NCBI GenBank assembly: GCA_002269645.1
Contig: NIVC01003695.1
Coordinates: 1-45,550, forward strand
Direction: 5' to 3'
Length of the DNA stretch: 45,550 bases
DNA from: Macrostomum lignano
Lineage: Eukaryota
A model generated the notes under the pieces. That model saw nothing but the letters and a program-made list of their open reading frames with translations. It ran no database searches and had not been told where the DNA came from. Each line of letters begins with the position of its first letter. The first letter of the stretch is position 1. Positions 34,067 through 45,550 of this stretch are shown one piece after another. Both the position numbers and the translations under genes were made by a program.

Positions 34067-35489
34067 ATGCCGAGCGAGTTCGAGTCCGGTAAACATCTTA
34101 ATCCTGTGACCTGCGCAGCAGCTTGAAGCTTTCCCTAAGCCATCTCTGAGTCTCGTAAAAGTTCCGCTGTAAAGGACTGCAGTCCCCAAGATCAGCTCTT
34201 AGTCTGAAGATCAGTCTGTTGTGTAGTTGGTTTGCAGATATGTACATCTGTTTTCCGATATTGATCTGTCGCAGCTAAATGAATATATAAGTATAAATAT
34301 ACCAGTCGGTAGGCCAACTTGGGCTAAGTTCGTGTGTACCCCTAAATTCAGTCTAACTTTCTCAACACAACACAGTCCTGGTCCTAAGTCAAGTCCTAGT
34401 CCCAAGAGTATCACTCCTAGTCCCAAGAGTATCACTCCTAGTCCCAAGAGTATCACTCCTAGTCCCAAGAGTATCACTCCTAGTCCCAAGAGTATCACTC
34501 CTAGTCCCAAGAGTATCGCTCCTAGTCCCCAAGATCATTCATAGTCCCGCGATCAGTCCCAGTCCAAGTCCCGCGGTTAGTGCCAGTCCTCGCCCGAAAG
34601 ACAGAGAAGAATATGAATATCAGAGCGCAGACACACGGAGAGGCGCGTGTACATGCGGAGAGCAATTCAAGGGGCCGTTTGGCTGGAATGAAAGGCGTTT
34701 CTTTTCTGCATTTCCCTTGCAGCAGCATTCGTAGCAAAAGCCAGGACTCTTTGTTTGCACAAAGACCGCGTCGACTCGATGTCAGCCGTCGCGCCGCTCC
34801 CCGGCCAGTCCCAGATCGCCGTCTTCTGGCAGCGCTGGAGCCGCAGCGCCACCGTCAAGTCGTTGACGGCCTCAAAGTTCCGGTTCGCCCGCCACCTGCT
34901 GCTGGTGGCGGCGCTGGTGGCGGGACTGGCAGGCCGGGACTGGCACTGGGACAGCGGACCGCAGCTGCCGCTCGGCCTCCTCACGCTGGAGTTTCTGTTC
35001 TCCAGCGCGCTGTGGTCCGTCTGGCGCCGGCTGCTGCTGGGCGCCGCCAACCGCCGCTGGCGTTGCCGAGGATCGACCGTCGGCTGCCTGACGCCGGTCC
35101 GGGTGCAGCGCCGCTTCCGCCTGCTGGCCGTCCTGCTGTTGACCGCCCCAGCTCAGACCGCCGCCGTCTCCGTTGTCGATGACGTCAACTGCGGCGGCGA
35201 CTCGGTGGCCGAAGCGGACTCCGACGCTGATGACAGTGCCGAGAATCGTCGAGGAGGCGGCCAGGCCGACCGGCAGCTGCGGCTGAGTCGACGGGCCTTG
35301 CAAGCCGCTGCCGCTGACGCTGCCGGGATCCTCGACCAGGGAGGCGGCGGCCTCCAGCAGCCGTCGGTGAGCCAGGAGCGTCCCGGCAGCGACCCGCTGA
35401 ACTTGCTGACGGATCTGGCTGGGGAGCCGAGAGCGCCGCGACCGACACCGGCTGCTTTTTCTTCCGTGGCTGGGCTGACGGCGTCCTGA
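34067..35489 (+). CDS. Hypothetical membrane-associated protein (about 262 aa)
   Basis: Main exon 34723-35489 has strong GC3 bias, a cccttgcag| acceptor, hydrophobic stretches (RHLLLVAALVAGLAG, LPLGLLTLEFLFSSALWSVW) and an acidic tail. The putative first exon 34067-34088 (MPSEFES, phase 1, |gtaaac) fits the phase but is less certain. Confidence 0.65.
34388..34530. repeat. 21-bp minisatellite, about 6 copies
   Basis: CTAGTCCCAAGAGTATCACTC. Confidence 0.92.
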
Positions 35490-35494
35490 ACCCA

Positions 35495-35992
35495 TCTGTA
35501 GCTTCATCAAATCTGCAGCTTCATCAAATCTGTATCTTTTATTTTCAGTCTGCTTCATTAAATCTGCAGCCTCATCAAATCTGCAGCTTCATCAAATCTG
35601 CAGCTTCATCAAATCTGCAGCTTCATCAAATCTGCAGCCTCATCAAATCTGCAGCTTCATCAAATCTGCAGCCTCATCAAATCTGCAGCTTCATCAAATC
35701 TGCATCTTTTATCAGTCTGCTTCATTAAATCTGCAGCCTCATCAAATCTGCAGCTTCATCAAATCTGCAGCTTCATCAAATCTGCAGCTTCATCAAATCT
35801 GCAGCCTCATCAAATCTGCAGCTTCATCAAATCTGCATCTTCATCAAATCTGCAGCTTCATCAAATCTGCAGCTTCATCAAATCTGCAGCTTCATCAAAT
35901 CTGCAGCTTCATCAAATCTGCAGCTTCATCAAATCTGCAGCTTCATCAAATCTGCAGTTTCATCAAATCTGCAGCTTCATCAAATCTGCATC
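35495..35992. repeat. 17-bp minisatellite directly after the stop at 35489
   Basis: CATCAAATCTGCAGC(T/C)T with two interrupting spacer copies. Confidence 0.95.
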
Positions 35993-36363
35993 TTTATTTA
36001 GCCGTCAGCTTTATTGAATCTCCAGCTTTATCAAACTTACACTAAACTTGTTCAAATCTAAATTTGTCAATGCAGTTTGTTTTCCTGTGAACTTGTGATT
36101 TTTGGGCCCCGCTCTCCAACTGTACTTAAAGCTTTTTCATTTTTCATTGCGCGATTCTCGTTCTTTCTACATAATGACTGGGTTTTGTGTATATTCGTAC
36201 CCTCGAGTCACCGCGGTAAAGAATAAATTATTTCTTATTCAATTCGTTTTTAATTCCATGTCAGAGTTGCCTGTACGAGTGCTCCTTGCTCGATAATAAT
36301 TGCAATAATATAATAATAGCTCGTACTAATAATCGATTAAACCTGTCATAAAGGGCAGATGTG

Positions 36364-36615
36364 CAACCGACAGCTCAGCCGCAGCTACTGCGCGGCGCAT
36401 CTGAAGGCTGCGTACGGCTGTTCAGTCCAAGGACTGGAGGTCGCCACACACCCTCAATTACCCCAGCTAATGCTGGCACCCATTTTACAGCTGGGTGAAC
36501 TGCAGCAATGCAGAGTTAAGGGCGTTGCTCAAGGACACAAATTGTTCAGAGTGGGTCCAGAATCGAACCCCCGACCTTTCAGTCGTGAGTCCGACGCTCG
36601 AATCTCTAGGCTACA
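36364..36615 (-). mobile_element. tRNA-derived CORE-type SINE, copy 2
   Basis: The minus strand has an A-box-like TAGCCTAGAG, B-box GGTTCGATTC, then GTGTCCTTGAGCAACGCCCTTAAC...CACCCAGCTGTAAAATGGG. Diverged copy of 30897-31141. Confidence 0.75.
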
Positions 36616-37149
36616 ACAACCCCATTTGATAATTTAGACTCAAGACTGACAGCAAATCTTGCTGAACCGCTGCCTCTCAGCATGCCATTGGCGCGGGACC
36701 CCTCAGAGCTGCATGGACCCTCCCGCACTCCAGCCCAGATAGCAGTGAGCCTCAGCATGAGGCCAGGTGTCTCTGAGGTGCCAACCGGAGGTGCGGCTCG
36801 TGACAGCCTGAGCTGAGAACTTCCGCACCTCTGCGGGACCCCGCTAAGCCACTTGAAATTCGCAGATTTTTTACGATCCAGTAATCTGCTGCTCATCTTC
36901 GCCTCAGGCGACAACTTCAGGCTGTCCTTGCTTTTAATTAGCTCATCATTTTGGACGGAATTCGCACCTGGCCTCGGCTCCATTGGCTGCAGTCTTCCCG
37001 CTCAGCCAATCAGCTTTCAGTGAGCAGTTCTCAAGTCCCGCCGTCACTTCTGACTGAATAAAAAGCCAGCAGCTGAGCGTCGACTTCTACTGACTTCCAA
37101 TCAAATCCGTTTATAAGAGTTGGCTTGGCAAAAAGATCAGCGAGGCCCC

Positions 37150-38115
<966 letters not shown>

Positions 38116-38507
38116 CGAGTGCAAATGGCTCCCGTGCGGACAACTTTGAATTTAATTTAATTAATATCCATTTTGTTATACTGATTTGTTTTACTGAAGC
38201 AGCAGGACTGTTTTTGTAACTTTTTTCACTACGCGAATTTTATTTAAAATGTTTAATGCAATAATGTTTTGTTGAAAAAATATACAGATGCTAACTAGAG
38301 ATACACATTAAAATTTTTTCCAGTAAAATATTGCATTCAATCAACCCTGTCTCTGCTTTGTTGCAGAAACACAAATCACAGGCCTACAAATCAGCGAAGG
38401 CGCTTTCTTAGAAATTCAATGGAATTTTACATTATTTAGGAGAATGGCAGTGGATGAGAAGTCTGTACAATGAGCACAACCTGGCAAGCAACAGCTTATC
38501 TACTAAA

Positions 38508-39247
<740 letters not shown>

Positions 39248-39319
39248 AGGGCAAGTCAGTTTATTAGCATTAAAATTTTTATAAACGAATATCTGGAACT
39301 ATATTGAAATTAAAACCAC

Positions 39320-42300
39320 CTACTCCGTGTTGGCATTCAGTGAGATGCTGAGCTCATGCTTCACTCTAAGCTGCTGGCCCAACATCGGATAGTCGTACTT
39401 GCATGTCATGGCGCCGTCTCCAGAGCCGCTGCCCGACCCGCCCGAAGGCCCACCATGGGAGCCTGGGCTCGGTGGAGTACCCGGTGGAGTTCCCGCATTG
39501 ACTGTGACCGGCTGCTGCTGTGGCTGCTGCTGTTGCTGCTGTTGCTGCTGCTGACTGGCCGTGGGATTTCCTGGGTCATTTGCAGCAGGGACATTGGCAT
39601 CGGCAATGAGCTCAGCAGCTTCTCCCTCGGCCCGTCCTTCACCCCTGGCAGCAGCGCGAGCCAGCTGTTCTAGAAAGCCCGGCGGCAGAGTCAAAATCTG
39701 GGTGACTTGCAGCAGCGGCCTGTCGGAGCTGCAGCTGCCGTTTGGCGACTCGGTGGGCTGCAGGGCTGGGTTGAGCAGGTTTGGCTGAGCAGGCCGGTCC
39801 AGGATGTTGGAGTTGGGGTGGATGGAGGGGAAGTCCAGCCTGGTCCGCCGGATGGTGGAGTCGTTGACGTCGGCGGATTCGCAGGCTGAAGCAGGAGGAC
39901 GATCGCAAGAAGCGAGCGAGTGAGCTGCACTTTGCGGCTGCGGATCCGAGAATTTTGGCGGAGTCAGGGGCTTCAGTTCAAAGTTGAGGAACTTCTGGCT
40001 GAGCACGGCGACCAGGATGGGGATCACTTTGACAGCCTGTTGAGTAGTGGGACTGGCAAGCAGCCAAGGAAAACAGCTGTCCAGGTGCTGCAGCAGCTGC
40101 GGAATTGGGGATGGGTGAGTCAAACTCGTCCGGGAATTCGACAGTCCCCAACGTTGAGGGGATTCGCGAAGTGCTCAGGAGGGCGCCAAGCGGGTTTAGG
40201 AACATCCCGAGTGCTCAGGGAAGTGCATGTACCGAGTTCAGTGACGAACTGAGGGTTCAGTGACGAACTGAGGGTTCAGTGACGAACTGAGGGTTCAGTG
40301 ACGAACTGAGGGTTCAGTGACGAACTGAGGGTTCAGTGACGAACTGAGGGTTCAGTGACGAACTGAGGGTTCAGTGACGAACTGAGGGTTCAGTGACGAA
40401 CTGAGGGTTCAGTGACGAACTGAGGGTTCAGTGACGAACTGAGGGTTCAGTGACGAACTGAGGGTTCAGTGATGAACTGAGGGTTCAGTGAAGAACTGAG
40501 GGTTCAGTGAAGAACTGAGGGTTCAGTGACGAACTGAGGGTTCAGTGAAGAACTGAGGGTTCAGTGACGAACTGAGGGTTCAGTGACGAACTGAGGGCTC
40601 AGTGAAGAACTGAGGGTTCAGTGATAAACTGAGGGTTCAGTGACCAACTGAGGGTTCAGTGATAAACTGAGGGTTCAGTGAAGAACTGAGGGTTCAGTGA
40701 CTAACTGAGGGTTCAGTGAAGAACTGAGGGTTCAGGGAAGAACTGATTATGATTCAGGAACGTAACTGAGGGGCTCAGGATCGCTTCGGGTCGGTCAGCT
40801 TACACCTGAATGTTCTTAAAGGCGCCATGGGTGCAGTGCCATGTCCCAATCACTTCACCCCTAGTGACAAATTGATGTCGTTAAAAAAATTAGCTATGCT
40901 TTATAATATGGAAAATCCTTGAGGTTGCTAAAAATAGCACTGACAATATTTTGTCTATATATAGACCATGACTGCAAGCTGCCTTTATTGGCCTCGAAGG
41001 ACAGCTACTCACTTGCGAAATTACAAAACTCACCAAGTGCGTCAGCAGGCCCAGCAGCACCGGGAGCGCTGCCGGGCCCACAAAGCTCAGCAGTTCGAGT
41101 GACCAGTTTTGAACGGTCAATTTGATTGATTCTTTGAATTTGGTCTCAGATTTGCCCGGGCAGATTGCATGCTGAAAGAGTTTGAGATGGGCTTCAGAAC
41201 CTGAAAACTGAAACTGGTATATTATTTCAGAAACTGGGTGGCGCTATGAGTGGCGCTATGGGTGGCGCTATGAGTGGCGCTATGAGTGGCGCTAAGGGTG
41301 GCGCTATGAGTGGCGCTATGAGTGGCACTATGAGTGGCACTATGAGTGGCGCTATGAGTGGCGCTAAGGGTGGCGCTATGAGTGGCGCTATGAGTGGCGC
41401 TATGGGTGGCGCTATGAGTGGCGCTATGAGTGGCGCTAAGGGTGGCGCTATGAGTGGCGCTATGAGTGGCACTATGAGTGGCGCTATGAGTGGCGCTAAG
41501 GGTGGCGCTATGAGTGGCGCTATGAGTGGCACTATGAGTGGCGCTATGAGTGGCGCTATGGGTGGCACTATGAGTGGCGCTATGAGTGGCGCTATGAGTG
41601 GCGCTATGAGTGGCGCTATGAGTGGCGCTATGAGTGGCGCTATGAGTGGCGCTATGAGTGGCGCTAAGGGTGGCGCTATGAGTGCCGCTATGAGTGGCGC
41701 TATGAGTGGCGCTATGAGTGGCGCTATGAGTGGCGCTAAGGGTGGCGCTATGAGTGCCGCTATGAGTGCCGCTATGAGTGCCGCTATGAGTGGCGCTATG
41801 AGTGGCGCTATGAGTGGCGCTATGGGTGGCGCTATGAGTGGCGCTATGAGTGGCGCTATGGGTGGCGCTATGAGTGCCGCTATGAGTGGCGCTATGAGTG
41901 CCGCTATGAGTGGCGCTATGAGTGCCGCTATGAGTGGCGCTATGGGTGGCGCTATGGGTGGCGCTATGAGTGGCGCTATGGTTGACGCTATGGGTGGCGC
42001 TATGAGCGGCGCTATGAGTGGCGCTATGAGTGGCGCTATGGGTGGCGCTATGAGTGGCGCTATGAGTGCGCTATGAGTGGCGCTATGGGTGGCGCTATGA
42101 GTGGCGCTATGAGTGCCGCTAAGGGTGGCGCTATGAGTGCCGCTATGAGTGCCGCTATGAGTGGCGCTATGAGTGGCGCTATGGGTGGCGCTATGAGTGG
42201 TGCTATGAGTGGCGCTATGAGTGCCGCTATGAGTGGCGCTATGAGTGGCGCTATGAGTGGCGCTAAGGGTGGCGCTATGAGTGGCGCTATGAGTGCCGCT

Positions 42301-42822
42301 ATGAGTGGCGCTATGAGTGGCGCTAAGGGTGGCGCTATGAGTGCCGCTATGAGTGCCGCTATGAGTGGCGCTATGAGTGGCGCTATGGGTGGCGCTATGA
42401 GTGGCGCTATGAGTGGCGCTATGAGTGGCGCTATGAGTGGCGCTATGAGTGCCGCTATGAGTGGCGCTAAGGGTGGCGCTATGAGTGCCGCTATGAGTGG
42501 CGCTATGAGTGGCGCTATGAGTGGCGCTATGAGTGGCGCTATGAGTGGCGCTATGAGTGGCGCTATGAGTGGCGCTATGAGTGGCGCTATGATGGGCGCT
42601 GTGCCTGCAGTCCTCTGACGGAAGTAATTTCTGGATTACTAAACCCAGCAAGCCACACTGCGAGCAGTCAAAGCTCAAAGCCGTGTGTGAAAGCCAAGCT
42701 CACCCACAGTGTACCTGTTGATGGCCGCAGTCTTCGCTGCTGCCTGTGAGGCAGCCGGCGCCGCCTCCAGCTCCTCGCCTTTTCAGCGTGCGCTGCTGTC
42801 TCGCTTGAGCCATTAGACGAGG
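39320..42822 (-). CDS. Hypothetical multi-exon protein with hydrophobic core and Gln/Pro/Gly-rich tail
   Basis: Minus-strand exons 42822-42704 (one probable 1-bp error near 42780), 41200-41034 and 40096-39320 have good splice signals and matching phases (1, 0). AATAAA lies at 39265-39260. The 5' end is uncertain. Confidence 0.65.
40237..40760. repeat. 19-bp self-complementary minisatellite, about 27 copies
   Basis: TTCAGTGACGAACTGAGGG. Confidence 0.95.
41236..42595. repeat. 12-bp minisatellite, more than 100 copies
   Basis: GGCGCTATGAGT with GCCGCT, GGCACT, ATGGGT and AAGGGT variants. Confidence 0.95.
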
Positions 42823-43249
42823 CTGATTGTTAAAGTGCTTGTGGAGAAAGACCTTATAGTGCGACTTTTGGCTCGTGGAATAAGGAACGATTGTTGTACC
42901 TACAGTGTACAAACTGTACACTCCTAAGTACTTAAATGGTACATAAACTTAACTTTGGAATTGTCCTGACGTCAACTCCATAAATATAATGTAAAGCGTT
43001 AAATTAAAAAACTCACCTGCAATAGTCGCTGAAGCCTACTTACAGTAGTTTTCGTGCAAATGCCGGAGTTTACAGTTTCGGAATATACTTATGAATAAAA
43101 TTTTCGGGTGATTTTTCAGCGGTAAATCGCTAATTTGATCAGTTCTGACCTCTGTTACTCGTTGGCGATCCCGAGAAACTGAACAATATCAGTTAGCTGA
43201 ATAACAGCACTTCAGAATCTGCCATCGTCTCTTAGGCATCTTCCCTCTT

Positions 43250-43930
43250 CCCCTGAGAATCTCCCTGGAAATCTGCATGAGAATCTCCCTGAGAATCTTC
43301 ATGACAAGCTCCCTGAGAATCTTCATGAGAATCTTCATGACAATCTCTCTGAGAATCTTCATGACAATCTCCCTGAGAATCTTCATGACAATCTCCCTGA
43401 GAATCTTCATGACAATCTCCCTGAGAATCTTCATGACAATCTCCCTGAGAATCTTCATGACAATCTCCCTGAGAATCTTCATGACAATCTCCCTGAGAAT
43501 CTTCATGACAATCTCCCTGAGAATCTTCATGACAATCTCCCTGAGAATCTTCATGACAATCTCCCTGAGAATCTTCATGACAATCTCCATGAGAATCTTC
43601 ATGACAATCTCCCTCAGAATCTTCATGAGAATCTTCATGACAATCTCCCTGAGAATCTTCATGACAATCTCCCTGAGAATCTTCATGACAATCTCCCTCA
43701 GAATCTTCATGAGAATCTTCATGACAATCTCCCTGAGAATCTTCATGACAATCTCCCTGACAATCTCCCCGAGAATCTTCCGAGAATCTTCCAAGAATCT
43801 CCCTGAGAATTTTCACGAGAATCTCCCTTAGAATATCCCTGAGAATCTCCCTGAAAATCTCCCTGGAAATCTGCATGAGAACCTCCGTGAAAATCTCCAT
43901 GACAATCTCCCTGAGAATCTTTATGAATCT
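43250..43930. repeat. 24-bp minisatellite with degenerate flanks
   Basis: GAGAATCTTCATGACAATCTCCCT. Confidence 0.95.
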
Positions 43931-44374
43931 CATGAATCTTCTCGAATTTCATGAAATATTTCGGGAAGAGTTTTCGAGAATGTGATATTTCGGATTTGTG
44001 ATGAGAGGTGCGTTTCGAGGTTGTGATTTTTAGGGTTTGTGGTGGCGTCCCCTCTCTTATACAGGAAAATTGACAAAAATTGTTAATCACTATCAGCAAC
44101 GATCTTCAATAGCTACCCAGTTGACTGACCTCTTACAGTTAAGGACCTCCAGTTAGCAACAGTTGGGATTTTCCATTGAGTACCTGGCTGCTTAACTACT
44201 TCGCTTTTATTTCAGTGCAAATTTCACTGAATAAAACTATTAAAAATAGTTACAATCTTCAAGGTCAAAACATGTCCTGGCTGGTTGCGCCAATCGACAC
44301 GAACACAGGGCTAGGGCAGTGGCAGCCGCAGATCTCCGGCGCCTTAGGATTACAGGACTGTTGAAACCCCACAG

Positions 44375-45201
44375 TTTGCCAAAGTGTTGAACCGTCAACT
44401 TGGCGGCTCAGCGTCTCACCGGGAACTGCCGTGGCTACGGCTGTGGTCCGTTCGGACTCGGACCCCAGAGTGTCTTGCGTCTGGGCAGTGAGAGCTCCGC
44501 CAGGTTACGAGGTGCTGCAGCGCCTCAGCCAAGTGAATGTCAACTCCGAATTGGATGTGTGGTTGATGGCGCCAATCCTTACACTGATCGGCTTCTCTTT
44601 CATGTGTCGCGGATCCTCAGAAAGGACAACTTCAGCTCAAAGACATTTGCCTCCACCAGTAATTATATTGGCGTGAAATTGTTAGAGAAAATTCCAGCTA
44701 TGAAACTGGATTTACATTCAAATATTAGGCAATCAGCAGCCACAGAAAAGGTGCGAAATTTCAGTGCAGTTTCCAGCTTTTTTAAGTTTCCACAGAGAAG
44801 CGACTTGAACTGAGATCACCAGCTTCCATTCCTCTCCATCAGTTTGCGGCGCAGACATCGAGCTGAGCAGTGCGGACGGAGACTTCGCTGACCTGGTGAG
44901 CCACTCCGGCTTCAACGCCAGCTCGCAGTTCAGCAGCGGCACCGCCTGCCTCGTCGCCATCCGAGCGCCGGCCGGGTCCGTGATCGTGGCTGGAGTCACC
45001 CACATTGACGTCGACCCCAGCTCCGACTTTCTCGCCCTGTTTGACGGACCGGCGAACGCAGCTCGCTGTGCAGAGCCGCGGCTCGAGGCGAGCCACCGGC
45101 GGTGGGTTCGGTCAGCGTCAGCCGGATGAGCATGCAGTTCTTCGGGCTCTCCGGCAGCGGCAGTGGCTTCCGGCTGCTGTACAGAGCGGTGCGGGTCAGT
45201 G
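44375..45201 (+). CDS. Two CUB-domain exons (partial gene, frameshifted in this sequence)
   Basis: Exons 44375-44750 and 44843-45201 both start cag|TT TGC and end in phase 1, as expected for 1-1 modules. Motifs CVWAVRAPPGYEV...VDG...STSNYIGVK...GFTFKY and CGADI...CLVAIRAPAGSVI...DFLALFDG...GFRLLYRA. About four frameshifts and one in-frame TAG (44726-44728). Confidence 0.72.
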
Positions 45202-45344
45202 GTGAGCGGCTATCATGCTTGAATAGCTTGACGCTAGGTGTTCCCTTAGGAATTTTCCATGCTTTTTCTGCAATTAATGTTTCAAAATAGGCAGGGCTAT
45301 GAACTCTGAAGTATACCCATCGCTCAGTTGGTTTTATCAATCAA

Positions 45345-45550
45345 TCAATTAATCAACGATCAGTCAGTCAGTCAATCAACCAACTGATCAGTCAGTCAAT
45401 CAACCAACAATCAGTCAGTCAATCAACCAACCAATCAGTCAGTCAATCAACCAACCGATCAGTCAGTCATCAACCAACCAACCAATCAGTCAGTCAATCA
45501 ACCAACCAATCAGTCAGTCAATCAACAACCGATCAGTCAGTCAGTCAATC
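45345..45550. repeat. Compound (TCAA/TCAG/CCAA)n microsatellite at the window end
   Basis: Mixed tetranucleotide run. Confidence 0.95.

Noticed and set aside
5120-35558. Minus-strand ORFs opposite real exons (5120-5731, 22882-23199, 25674-26213, 27039-27599, 32551-33219, 34872-35558)
   Set aside because: Antisense shadows of GC3-rich coding exons.
39800-39860. P-loop-like LGWMEGKSSLVRRM on +
   Set aside because: Spacing is G-x3-GKS rather than G-x4, the frame is short and stop-bounded, and the minus strand carries the spliced ORF.
39920-40252. Plus-strand 110-aa ORF with a gtgagt donor-like site
   Set aside because: In-frame antisense shadow. The gtgagtca is the complement of the minus-strand branch point/acceptor region.
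44255-44364. ATG at about 44276 as CUB gene start
   Set aside because: The frame stops at 44364 with no signal peptide. The CUB exon begins at a phase-1 acceptor, so the real start lies elsewhere.

Overview
Eukaryotic (metazoan) genomic DNA with GC-rich exons, GT-AG introns and a different minisatellite in almost every long intron. This style resembles a long-read assembly of the flatworm Macrostomum, which is an inference only. The window holds: (1) a classical dynamin gene on + (278-16915, exon 1 upstream of the window) with a tandemly duplicated GED exon and a modular proline-rich tail; (2) mitochondrial Hsp70/mortalin on + (22850-27680, presequence exon not securely located); (3) a 3-exon LRR gene with an RFX X-box promoter (30451-33069); (4) two 2-exon orphan genes on + and one multi-exon orphan on -; (5) two CUB-domain exons at the right end. 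Mobile DNA comprises a Tc1/mariner deletion derivative with TA TSD, a hAT MITE with an 8-bp TSD, a second TIR element and two tRNA-derived CORE-type SINEs. About 30 tandem arrays explain most long ORFs in the supplied track. Frameshifts occur only near the two window ends and look like consensus errors. There is no CRISPR array, rRNA or genuine tRNA. The best lead is the duplicated, divergent dynamin GED exon (11059-11229 versus 11379-11525).
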